A stretch of 64,000 bases of DNA from Thermoplasmata archaeon. Lineage in GTDB: Archaea > Thermoplasmatota > Thermoplasmata > Lutacidiplasmatales > UBA184. The stretch covers positions 1 through 64,000 of the forward strand of contig JAGWLG010000014.1 of NCBI GenBank assembly GCA_028864975.1, written 5' to 3'. The position numbers and the translations under genes are program-made. The notes beneath the pieces were generated by a model. It saw nothing but the letters and a program-made list of their open reading frames with translations, ran no database searches and was not told where the DNA came from. This document shows positions 1 to 9,400 of this stretch, piece after piece (the stretch's first letter is position 1; every line of letters starts with the position of its first letter).

Positions 1-30
1 CTCAAGCTGGACCAGATGATTCCCGCGTAA
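1..30 (+). CDS. 3' end of a gene cut by the window edge (LKLDQMIPA*)
   Basis: Frame 1 reads CTC AAG CTG GAC CAG ATG ATT CCC GCG TAA with GC-rich third positions. Too short to identify. Confidence 0.3.
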   Translation, partial: LKLDQMIPA

Positions 31-285
31 CTCCCCGGAGGGACCCCGAAATCCGCGGTCCTACAGCTACACGATTTACCTCGAGAACTCGCCTAGCATG
101 ACCAAGTTCCGCTAGGGGAGGCGAAGGGGTGACGGCCTGGGTCGTCCAAGCCGGAGTTTGAGAATCCGTGGGAAGACGAGAGTCGAAGGACGGGGTCGGG
201 AGGAGGCTCCCTCTAAGCGGGTCCCTGGACCTTGGGGTCCCCTCCTAGCTCCTGTGAAGCTCGGCGACCCAGGCGTGGCCCGCCG

Positions 286-963
286 TCAGGGTCCCGGCCG
301 TTGCACGACCGCGAGCGCGAACCCGTCCCACTTCTTTCCGCCGACCGTCTGCACCTCGGTCGCGCTCACCCGGGGGTCCGAGCTCATTCGTTCGTTCAGA
401 AGTCGGACCGCGCGGACCCGGGGGTCGGGGTGGGCAGGGTCCAAGACCGCACCCTCCCGGATGATGTTGTCGAAGACGAGCGCGCTGCCTGGCCGGGCGA
501 GCCGCACCGCCCAGTCGAAGTAGTCAGGGTACCCCTCCTTGTCCGCGTCGATGAAGACCAGGTCAAACGGGCCCTCGGGCCCGAGAGTGGGAAGGGTCTC
601 CACCGCCCGTCCGACCCGCACGTCGACGACCTTGCCCACCCCGGCGCGCTCGAGGTTCTTCCGAGCCACCTCCGCGTGGCGCGGCTCCAGCTCGAGCGTG
701 ATGAGCTTGCCCCCGGGAGGCAGGGCCCTGGCCATCCAGGTGGCGCTGTAACCCCCCAAGGTCCCGATCTCCAGCACGCGCTTGGCCCCCAGGAGGCGGA
801 CCAGGAGGTGCAGGAACTTCCCCTGGGGCGGCGAGACCTGGATCGAGGGGAGGCCCGCGGCGGCGCTTGACCGAAGGGTCTCCTCCAGGACAGGATCGGA
901 GAGATGGAAGGTGTCGATGATGTAGCGGTCCACGCTGCTCCAAGACGGTTCGGGCATGTTCAC
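286..963 (-). CDS. SAM-dependent O-methyltransferase (caffeoyl-CoA OMT / Methyltransf_3-like)
   Basis: IQVSPPQGKFL, VLEIGTLGGYS (motif I), DLVFIDADK, LVFDN motifs. Confidence 0.9.
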   Translation of the reverse strand: MNMPEPSWSSVDRYIIDTFHLSDPVLEETLRSSAAAGLPSIQVSPPQGKFLHLLVRLLGAKRVLEIGTLGGYSATWMARALPPGGKLITLELEPRHAEVARKNLERAGVGKVVDVRVGRAVETLPTLGPEGPFDLVFIDADKEGYPDYFDWAVRLARPGSALVFDNIIREGAVLDPAHPDPRVRAVRLLNERMSSDPRVSATEVQTVGGKKWDGFALAVVQRPGP

Positions 964-1063
964 GACGCACGGGCGGAGACCGCGGCGCGCATCAGGTACA
1001 CGTTCGCGCTCCTTTTTGACCCCAGAGCTCCGTGCTCTTGGAGACCCTTAGGAGGAGCGAGGC

Positions 1064-2062
1064 ATGCCAGCTCGACCGAGACCCAGCACGTTCAGCATCG
1101 TGGCGGCCGACCTAGACCGGAACGAGTGGGGTGTCGCCGTCCAGTCCAAGTTCATCTCTGTGGGGGCCGTCGTGCCGTGGGCGGAAGCGGGCACGGGCGC
1201 GATCGCGACCCAAGCGATGGCGAACATCGCCTACGGCCCGGAGGGGCTCGCGCTGCTTCGCAAGAAGGCCTCGGCCGATGAGGTCGTGAAGAAGCTCACC
1301 TCCGCGGACGGCGAACGCGACCATCGACAGCTCGGCGTGGTGGACGCGAAGGGCCAGGCCGCCTCGTTCACCGGATCGAAATGCATGGAGTGGGCCGGGC
1401 ATGTCGTCGGGGAGGGGTTCGCCTGTCAGGGGAACATCCTGCTCGGAAAGGAGGTCGTGGGGGCGATGGCCAAGGCCATGGAGAGCACTCCGGGGGACCT
1501 GGCGGACCGATTGCTCGCCGCCCTCAGCGCCGGCCAGAAGATGGGGGGGGACCGTCGAGGGCAGCAGTCCGCGGCCCTCTACGTCGTGAAGCCGAAGGGG
1601 AGCTACGGCAAGGTCCTGGACCGCTACATCGACCTGAGGGTCGATGACCACCCCGCTCCCATCGAGGAGTTGAAGCGGATCTTTGGCCTCTACGACATGA
1701 CCATGCTCGAGCGAGAGGACCCCGCGACCCTGGTCCGTCTCACCCCCGAGGTCGTCGTCGAAGTGCAGAAGGACCTCAAGGTGCTGGGTTACTTCTTCGG
1801 TCCTCTCGACGGACAATGGGGTTCAGTGGTCCAGCAGGCGTTCTCGAAGTACGTCGGGACGGAGAACTTCGAGAACAAGGAGCGGAAGGACGACAAGGTC
1901 TGGCCCAGCCTCCTGCGGCACCTCCACCAGCAGGCTGCAAGGGCCCAGGAGCAGCATCAGAAGGCCCAGGCCCCGGTCTTCGGGGCGCTATCGGCAGGCC
2001 CGGGGAAGGCCCCTCCCTCGGGAGAGCCGACGCGGAAGGGCCCGAGGAAAGGCGCGGGGTGA
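1064..2062 (+). CDS. DUF1028 family (Ntn-hydrolase-like) protein with C-terminal peptidoglycan-binding-like helical domain
   Basis: N-terminal STFSIVA..GVAVQSKF..VGAVVPWAEAGTGAIATQA, GGDRRGQQSAAL, DLRVDDHPAPIEELKR. The tail EVQKDLKVLGYFFGPLDGQW..ENFE resembles PG-binding domains. Confidence 0.85.
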   Translation: MPARPRPSTFSIVAADLDRNEWGVAVQSKFISVGAVVPWAEAGTGAIATQAMANIAYGPEGLALLRKKASADEVVKKLTSADGERDHRQLGVVDAKGQAASFTGSKCMEWAGHVVGEGFACQGNILLGKEVVGAMAKAMESTPGDLADRLLAALSAGQKMGGDRRGQQSAALYVVKPKGSYGKVLDRYIDLRVDDHPAPIEELKRIFGLYDMTMLEREDPATLVRLTPEVVVEVQKDLKVLGYFFGPLDGQWGSVVQQAFSKYVGTENFENKERKDDKVWPSLLRHLHQQAARAQEQHQKAQAPVFGALSAGPGKAPPSGEPTRKGPRKGAG

Positions 2063-2388
2063 GCCCGGTCGAGGAGGTCCCGGCGCGGGCGACGCTCCGC
2101 AGGGCGTGTGCGTCCCCCCAGGAGGCGAGGGCCCTCGCCGGAGCCATCCATCCGGACAACGCGGACTTCCTACGCGCTCGGGCCGAGGGAAGCGTCCTCG
2201 TCCTGGAAGCGAGCTCGAGAACCGTGGGCGAACTGCAGCGCACCCTCGAGGACGCGCTGGCGTGCCTCTCTGGAGCGGAACGGACGTGGGCCGGGCCGGG
2301 GGCTCGCGGCCGCGGGGGCCCTCGCTCGAGCGTTCCCCCTTCCGCCACCACGGGGGAGAGTGACGAGGAGGCGGACGAGGCCTCGTAG
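2059..2388 (+). CDS. pcc1: KEOPS complex subunit Pcc1
   Basis: GTG start overlaps the DUF1028 stop (GTGA). The stretch AIHPDN..LVLEASSRTVGELQRTLEDALACLSGAE matches the Pcc1 pattern. Confidence 0.75.
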   Translation: MSPVEEVPARATLRRACASPQEARALAGAIHPDNADFLRARAEGSVLVLEASSRTVGELQRTLEDALACLSGAERTWAGPGARGRGGPRSSVPPSATTGESDEEADEAS

Positions 2389-2495
2389 GGGTGACCGGGG
2401 CGCCCCTGCGTGCGATTCTCTCGCAACCCACGCGGTAGACCGCCAGGGATGCTCGGGCTTCAAGTAGTGGGAGCCGGGCTGGCCAGGAGCTGACC

Positions 2496-2939
2496 ATGTC
2501 CGAGCCGAGTCCCCAGAACCCCGCGCCCTCCAACTCCTCCGAACACCGACCCCTCCTACGGTTCCTTCGTCACCTCGCCGCGGACCCTCCCGCGCGAGGG
2601 CCTTCGGTCTCCGGTGGGTTCGCCCCCGCACGGGGCCAGAAGGTTCCGCCGGCCCCGGCGCTCCCCCCGGCGGTCGCCCCCGTCTCCCCTCCTAAGCCTC
2701 TCAAGGCCGGCATCGGTCTCGAACGCACTCCCGTGCCGACACTGGCCCATGCCCCAGGGACCGTCCCTTACTTTCCCCCGAAGAAGGAAGAGCCCAAGGT
2801 CCAGGTGACGGAGGAGGTCTTCCGGCCCTGGAGCTTCTCGGTCACCGAATACGGGACCCACGGTAAGGAGGTCCCCCGGCGGCGGGTGAGCGCCGAACCT
2901 ACGGGAGCCTCGCCGTCGGGGACAGGTATCCCATCGTAG
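2496..2939 (+). CDS. Proline-rich hypothetical protein (147 aa)
   Basis: Fills the intergenic gap, has a TTCAAGTA box upstream, and shows strong GC3 bias in the C-terminal half (PKKEEPKVQVTEEVFRPWSF). Confidence 0.55.
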   Translation: MSEPSPQNPAPSNSSEHRPLLRFLRHLAADPPARGPSVSGGFAPARGQKVPPAPALPPAVAPVSPPKPLKAGIGLERTPVPTLAHAPGTVPYFPPKKEEPKVQVTEEVFRPWSFSVTEYGTHGKEVPRRRVSAEPTGASPSGTGIPS

Positions 2940-3077
2940 GGCGATCCGCGCAAGAGGGGCCCCCTTCGGGGACCTGACTCGATCGTCAGTTCCTCGGGTG
3001 GTGGATAGCGGCAGGGCCGACGGTAGGTCCGCGCCGTTCCGCGTGAAGGTTCATCCGCACCAAGGGGTCGGAGCGGC

Positions 3078-4523
3078 GTGGTCGCCCCTGCGCAGGCCCA
3101 CGCCCCTCCTCCGGTCGTCCCCTCCCTCGAGCGTTACGTCCTCGCCGTCGTCGTCCTGATGGCCGGGATCTACGTCCAGTACCTCCCGCAGTACCCGGTC
3201 CTTCCCTCGCTCTACGAGAACGAGCTCCTGCACGCCGCAACCACCTACTTGCCCGGGCTCTTCGCCTTCGTCTCGCTCATCGGGACCGCCCCGCTGCGCA
3301 ACTTCGCGCGTCGCTTGCCCCGGTCCGCGGCCGAGGGGGCCCGATGGTACGGGGTCTTCGGGATCCTGAGCTTGGTCGTGGTCATCTTCCTCATCGCGGT
3401 GTACACCGCGGTCGAACCGGCCCGGTTCAGCAAGATCCTCGAACGGGCGACCGGTCTCGAGCAGACGGCCGCCACTGCTCCCTGGTTCTTCATCGCGATC
3501 TCCTTCCCCGTCGGCTGGGTCGAGGAGACCCTGTTCCGGGGGTTCGTCCTGGGAGGAGCGCTCGTCCTGTTCGGGACGAAGCGCTGGCGCGTGCATGCCG
3601 TCTGGACCTCCCTGCTCTTCACGTTCTCTCATCTCTACTACGCCCAGACCTATCTCGAGGTCACCCCGGTGGTCTACACTCAGGTCTTCTTCACCGGCCT
3701 CGCTTTCGCCTACGCCTACGTCCGAAGCGGCGGGAACCTGCTCGTCGTGGGGCTCCTGCACGGGAGCTTCGACGCGATCGCGTTCTCGAAGTATCTGCCG
3801 GCCGTGGGCGTGAACGGCGCTGGCGCCCTGGACTATGGTCTCCTTGGCGTCTGCGCGGTGGTGGCCCTCGTGCTCTTCGTCCGCGAGCGATCGTCCGGGT
3901 CGGCGGACATGACGTACTCCTCTCCGGTCCTGGTCTCCGTTGCGGCTTCCCCTGGGCCAGGGGAGCAGGGTTCGGCGGGGTGGGGCGGCGCCGCAGCCGC
4001 CCCGGGTCCCGCTGAGGGAGTTTTCCGGCCAGAGCTGCCCTCGTTCGGGAGGGCCCCTCCGCCACAGTTCTCGGGCCCGCCCTCGGCATCGGTTCCAGTG
4101 CCCCAGTCCGCGCCTTCCCCTTCGGGCCCGCCTCCCCCTCCGACCCCGCCCCCACCCGCCTCGCCACGTGCAGCCTTCCTACCTCCCATCTGCCGGCGTT
4201 GCGGAGCGATCGTCGTCGGGGACGTGCACGGTCTCCCGTCCAGGTGTCCGAGATGCTCCGAAGTGCTCTGGGTCGACTCTGCTCCCGGAGCGCCCCCGGT
4301 TCCTCCGGTCGGGCCGCTGCTCTTCCCTCACCTCACACCCTCGGCTTGGCCCGGGTTCGTCGCGGGCGCACCGACAGGGCAGTCGCTCGCTGCGAGGGCG
4401 GGGGGAGGAGGGACCGACCCTGCCTGCGAGGACCTTCCCTCGGGAGCGTGGCCTCCGCCCCCTCCGGGACCTGCGGGGTCGGGGCTCGCGCACGCAATCT
4501 ACATCCCTCCCCGGTCCCCGTAG
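3078..4523 (+). CDS. CPBP (CAAX/Abi) intramembrane glutamic metalloprotease with Pro-rich linker and CxxC..CxxC zinc ribbon
   Basis: WVEETLFRG (EExxxR), FTFSH (FxxxH), LHGSFD (HxxxB), multiple TM helices, and C-terminal CRRC...CPRC. Confidence 0.85.
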   Translation: MVAPAQAHAPPPVVPSLERYVLAVVVLMAGIYVQYLPQYPVLPSLYENELLHAATTYLPGLFAFVSLIGTAPLRNFARRLPRSAAEGARWYGVFGILSLVVVIFLIAVYTAVEPARFSKILERATGLEQTAATAPWFFIAISFPVGWVEETLFRGFVLGGALVLFGTKRWRVHAVWTSLLFTFSHLYYAQTYLEVTPVVYTQVFFTGLAFAYAYVRSGGNLLVVGLLHGSFDAIAFSKYLPAVGVNGAGALDYGLLGVCAVVALVLFVRERSSGSADMTYSSPVLVSVAASPGPGEQGSAGWGGAAAAPGPAEGVFRPELPSFGRAPPPQFSGPPSASVPVPQSAPSPSGPPPPPTPPPPASPRAAFLPPICRRCGAIVVGDVHGLPSRCPRCSEVLWVDSAPGAPPVPPVGPLLFPHLTPSAWPGFVAGAPTGQSLAARAGGGGTDPACEDLPSGAWPPPPPGPAGSGLAHAIYIPPRSP

Positions 4524-4536
4524 CAAGGGAGCGACC

Positions 4537-4956
4537 ATGATGGGCGACGAGCAGATGCGGGAGCTCCTTCGATCGGCGAGGACCATCGCCGTGGTGGGGA
4601 TGAGCGACAAGCCCGAACGCGACTCTCACGAGGTAGGGAAGTTCCTGATGTCGAAGGGCTACCGGGTCGTGCCGGTGAACCCCTCGGTCCCCGAGGTGCT
4701 GGGAGCGCGTTCCTATCCCTCTCTGCGCGAGATCCCGCCCGACGTGCACGTGGACATCGTGGACGTCTTCCGCAAGAGCGAGGCCGTTCCCGGCGTGGTC
4801 GAGGAGGCGCTGTCCCGCACGCCCTTGCCCAAGGCGGTCTGGCTGCAGCTCGGGGTGAAGGACGACCCCTCTCGCGGGAAGGTCGAGGGCAAGGGGATCC
4901 AGTACTACCAGGACCTCTGCATCATGGTCCAGCACCGACGGCTCTTCCGGCCTTGA
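4537..4956 (+). CDS. CoA-binding protein (YccU-like)
   Basis: TIAVVGMSDKPERDSH, GYRVVPVNP, VDIVDVFRKSE, AVWLQLG, DLCIMVQHRRL. Start placed at ATG 4537. Confidence 0.9.
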   Translation: MMGDEQMRELLRSARTIAVVGMSDKPERDSHEVGKFLMSKGYRVVPVNPSVPEVLGARSYPSLREIPPDVHVDIVDVFRKSEAVPGVVEEALSRTPLPKAVWLQLGVKDDPSRGKVEGKGIQYYQDLCIMVQHRRLFRP

Positions 4957-5819
4957 ACCGGGCCCGAGCGAGGTCGGGGAGGCTTCCCCGCCACCTCCAC
5001 CACGTGATGGCCCGAGGGTTCACGCGGGGGGCCGGGTCGTACGAGCGGTCGCGGCCGGGATATCCTCCCGGCGTGGTCCGCTTCGCGCAACGGACGTTCC
5101 ATCTCGGGCCCGGCTCGACGATCGTGGACCTCGCCGCGGGGACCGGGAAGCTGACCCGAGCGCTCCTTCCCACGCGGGCGCGGATCATCGCCATCGAACC
5201 GCTCTCCGCCATGCGTCGTCAGTTCCGCCAAGCCGTGCCCTCTGTGAGGGTCCGGCCGGGGACGGCGGAGCGGACGGGGCTTCCGAGCGCCTCGGCCGAC
5301 CTCGTTACCGTCGGACAGGCCTTCCACTGGTTCGACGCGGAGAAGGCGCTTCGGGAGATCCACCGCATCCTTCGTCCGGGTGGGGGACTGATGGTCGTGT
5401 ACAACTGGCGCGACGAAAGAGGGGGGTGGCGGAGGGCCATCAACCGGCTCGCCCGGGAGTACGACTACCGCACCGTGCCCCACCACCGGGACTGGGGTGG
5501 GTGGAAGCCCAGGCTGATGCGCGACCCCGGGCTCACCCGAGCGCGGGTCGCACGGTTCCGCCACGCGCAGAGGCTGACGCGTCGGCTCGTGGAGGACCGC
5601 TACCTCAGCATCAGCTACCTTGCGGCACTGCCGCCCGCGCGGAAGGCCGAGTTCCTTCGCCGGCTCCGGCAGGTGCTGGCGAACGCTCCTTCCTCCAGGG
5701 GGCGACGTGTCCTCCTCATGACCTACACGACCCGAGTTCACTGGTGCCTGCGAAGGGAGGCGCCGCTTCGGGGAGCCCCCCGCCGCCGCAGACGGATGGG
5801 GCGAACGCGCCCACGGTGA
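4953..5819 (+). CDS. Class I SAM-dependent methyltransferase
   Basis: YERSRPGYP, IVDLAAGTGKLT, IEP, DLVTVGQAFHWFD, ILRPGG. The start may be the ATG a few codons later. Confidence 0.85.
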   Translation: MNRARARSGRLPRHLHHVMARGFTRGAGSYERSRPGYPPGVVRFAQRTFHLGPGSTIVDLAAGTGKLTRALLPTRARIIAIEPLSAMRRQFRQAVPSVRVRPGTAERTGLPSASADLVTVGQAFHWFDAEKALREIHRILRPGGGLMVVYNWRDERGGWRRAINRLAREYDYRTVPHHRDWGGWKPRLMRDPGLTRARVARFRHAQRLTRRLVEDRYLSISYLAALPPARKAEFLRRLRQVLANAPSSRGRRVLLMTYTTRVHWCLRREAPLRGAPRRRRRMGRTRPR

Positions 5820-6382
5820 TGTCCGTGCCCCGCGCGACGGCCTGGCAGCGGAGAGAGCCTTCAAGCGAGGAGGTCGCTGCTAGCGTTGTTGGCATGACCG
5901 GGACCGGAGAGCGATGGGAGGTGGCCGCGAAGGTCGCGGTCCTCTGCTCGATCGCGCTCGCAGTCGTCGCTTCGCTGCTCGCGCTTGGGGTCACGGCCGC
6001 TGGGGGCTTCGACTGCCGTGCCTACCCGTCCTGTCTCTTCGAGCAGCCGAGCTGGTCCGTGCAGGCCCATGTCTTGGTCGGTGCCCTGCTCGGGGTGGTC
6101 CTGCTGGTCCTCGCGGTCCTGGGGTTCCTGTTGCGGCGGACCCACCCGGGATTCTTCCCAGCGACCTTCGCGAGCTTCCTCCTCTCGATCGTGATGGGGG
6201 GCATCGGCGCTGGGCTCTCGACGGGTGCACTACCGGACGCTTTCCTCCTCGTTCAATCTGCCCTGGTCGTCCTCCTGCTCGCTTTGCTGCTCTTCGCCCA
6301 TCGGAAGCTCCGGAGAGCGAACGCGCCGGCGGCCCGGGCCCCCGATGGCGGAGTTCGTGAGGCCGCGCCCCCGGTGGCCTGA
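5819..6382 (+). CDS. 4-TM membrane protein resembling a half-size heme A synthase (CtaA/Cox15 N-half)
   Basis: ATG overlaps the upstream TGA. TM1 is followed by a C-x5-C loop (CRAYPSC, cf. CPDWPLC), then QAH in TM2 and MGGIGA in TM3. Confidence 0.5.
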   Translation: MSVPRATAWQRREPSSEEVAASVVGMTGTGERWEVAAKVAVLCSIALAVVASLLALGVTAAGGFDCRAYPSCLFEQPSWSVQAHVLVGALLGVVLLVLAVLGFLLRRTHPGFFPATFASFLLSIVMGGIGAGLSTGALPDAFLLVQSALVVLLLALLLFAHRKLRRANAPAARAPDGGVREAAPPVA

Positions 6383-6438
6383 ACGATCCGAGGTCGACGA
6401 GAAAGAGAGAAGAGGGGCGCCCAGGTGGGTCGCCCTCG

Positions 6439-9400
6439 ATGTCGTCGTCCGCCGCTCCCGCCTCCGCGCCCAGGTCCGCTCCGCCGGGCCCGGGGGCTCC
6501 CCAGAGCCAGGTGCTCGCGATGGAGCGGCGCGTCGCGGAGTTCTGGGCCCGCGAGGACATCCCCGGGAGGGCCCTCGCCCTCCATCCCAACGGGCCGATC
6601 TTTCGTTTCACCGAAGGGCCTCCCACCGCGAACGGCAAGCCCCACGTGGGCCACCTGATGCCGCGCGCGCTCAAGGACTTCGAGCTGCGCTACCGCCGGA
6701 TGAAGGGGGACCGGCTGATCTCGTCGATGGCCGGCTGGGACTGCCACGGGCTGCCCGTGGAGGTCGAGATCGAGAAGTCCCATGGCTGGACGAACAAGAA
6801 GCAGATCCTCGAGTATGGGATCGGCCCGTTCGCGCAGGACTGCCGCAAGAGCGTCATGAAGTACGCCGACATCTGGCAGCAGTTCTCCGAACGGATCGGG
6901 TTCTGGCTCGACTACGCCCACCCGTACTTCACCATGGACCCCTGGTTCATGGAGAGCGTCTGGTGGTCGCTCAAGGAGCTCTACACGAAGGGGCTTCTCG
7001 AGAAGGGGCACTACGTCGTCCCGTACTGCCCGCGTTGCGAGACCCCGGAAGCGACGCACGAGGTGGCCCAGGGGTACCGCGACACGACGGACCCCTCCGT
7101 CACGCTCCGGCTCCGGCTCACCGACGGCCCCGCGGGGGGGCGGACGACCTACCTGCTCGTCTGGACCACGACCCCTTGGACGTTGCCCTCGAACCTAGCG
7201 GTGGCCGTCGGGAGCGAGATGGATTACGTAGCCTTCGAGGGGGAGGGCGGGGACGAGTACCTCCTCGCGGAAAGCGCCCTCGCCCGGTACTTCCCGAGCG
7301 AAGAGGGAAGGCCGAAGGTCGTGCGTCGGGAGAAGGGGAGCTCCCTTGTCGGGAGGACCTACGAGCCTCCTTTCCCGGGCATGGTGGGGGCGACGCCCCA
7401 GCGCTTCCGCACGTACGCGGCAACCTTCGTCACGGCGGAGGAAGGGACGGGGCTCGTCCACGTCGCGCCCTCCTTCGGGGTGGACGACTACCAGCTCGGA
7501 GAGAAGGTGGGGTTGGGGGTCTTCGACCCGCTCGACAGTTCGGGGCGCTTCACATCCCAGGTCCCTCTCGTCGCGGGGAAGTGGTTCAAGGAGGCGGACA
7601 AGCTCCTGATGGAAGAGCTCCACGCTCGCGGCGTGCTTTGGAGGCGCTCGACCTACAAGCACACCTACCCGTTCTGCTGGCGCTGCGACCGCCCGTTGAT
7701 GTACCGGGCGCTGGACACTTGGTTCGTTCGGACCCACAAGATCCGGGAGAAGCTCCTCGCGAACAATGCCCAGGTGACGTGGGACCCTGCGCACCTCAAG
7801 GACGGACGCTTCGGGAACTTCGTCGCCGAAGGGAAGGATTGGGCCCTCTCGCGGAACCGGTACTGGGGAACCCCCCTACCGATCTGGAACTGCCCGAAGG
7901 GCCACCAGGTCGCGGTGGGGAGCTTCGAGGAACTCTCGAAGCTCCACGGGGGTCCGTTGCCCACGTCGTTCGACCCGCATCGGCCGACCGTGGACGAGCT
8001 CTCCCTCACCTGCCCCGAGCATCGGGAACCTCTCGTCCGCGAGCCCTACGTCATCGACACGTGGTACGACAGCGGGTCCGCGCCGTTCGCGCAGTTCCAC
8101 TGGCCCTTCGCGAAGGGGACCCCCTTTGAGGTCGATGCCCCGCTCGACTTCGTCGCGGAGGCGATCGACCAGACGCGCGGGTGGTTCTACACGCTCCTCG
8201 TCATCTCCACGGCGCTCTTCGACCGCCCCCCCTTCCGCCACGTCCTCTGCCACGGTCACGGCCTCGACGACGAGGGGAAGAAGATGTCCAAGTCGAAGGG
8301 GAACGTCGACGACCCGATGCAGGTGCTGGAGCGGATGGGGGCCGACCCCACCCGGCTCACGATCTACCTCTCCTCGTACACCGAGTCGTTCCGCCTCGGC
8401 GACCTGGCGATCCGCCAGGGCGGGCTCCGGATGCTGACGACGTTGCTGAACGTCCTGGAGTTCTACAGGTCGAACTGGGAGGTCGACCGCGTCCCACCGG
8501 CGGTCGAGGCGCCCGCCCCCAAGGACCCGCTCGACCGTTGGCTCCTCTCTCGGCTCTCCGACGTCGTCGCGACCACGGACCAAGCGCTCTTGAGCTTCGA
8601 TGCACGACGAGCCTCCTCGACCCTGGAGGCGTTCGTCCAGGAGATCTCGACCTGGTGGCTGCGCCGCTCTCGCCCTCGGTTCTGGGAAGAGGGGCCGAGC
8701 GAGCGGAAGGTCGGGGCCTACCGCACCCTTTCCTTCGTCCTCCTGACCCTGGGAGGGCTCCTCGCCCCGCTCGCCCCCTACACGGCCGAGGAGCTTCATC
8801 AGAAGGTCTCCAGCACGGACTTTGGAAAGGGCGCTTCCAGCGTCCATCTCGAGCCCTTCCCATCCTGGAGGGGGGCAAGGGACCTCGCGCTCGAGACCGC
8901 CATGTCGGACGTCCTCGCCCTGGTCGAGACGGTCCGAAGGCTCCGGATGGAGGCGGGGGTCCGCGCGCGCATGCCGCTCGAGGAGCTCCTGGTGGGAGGG
9001 CTAGCACCCGGGACGGTGGAGGCCATGGGGCCGAGCCTGGTGCCCCTCCTTCAGGAGGAGCTCAATGTGAAGCGGGTCGAGATGATGACGGCGGAACGGT
9101 CCTCCACGCGGGAGTTCCCTTCGGACCGCTGGGTGGTCCATCGCCCGACGGAGAGCGGTGGCCCTTCGGTCGCGCTCTCCCGCAAGCCGAGCCGCGAGCT
9201 CTTCCTGGAAGGGCTGGCGAGAGAGGTCGTCCGACGCGTGCAGATGACGCGGAAGGAGCTTCGGCTCGCGATCTCCGACCGGATCCGTCTCGAGCTGTGG
9301 GCCGAAGGCGACCTCGCCGAAGCGGTCCAGGCGCACCAGGAGTGGATCTCGAAGGAGTGTCTGGTCTCGGACCTCGCGGTCGCTTCGGGGTCCCCGTCCT

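Noticed and set aside
20-115. Coding-looking frame-2 segment (..SYSYTIYLENSPSMTKFR*) suggesting a frameshift from the edge gene
   Set aside because: No start codon or slippery site, and the upstream gene is outside the window, so this cannot be supported.
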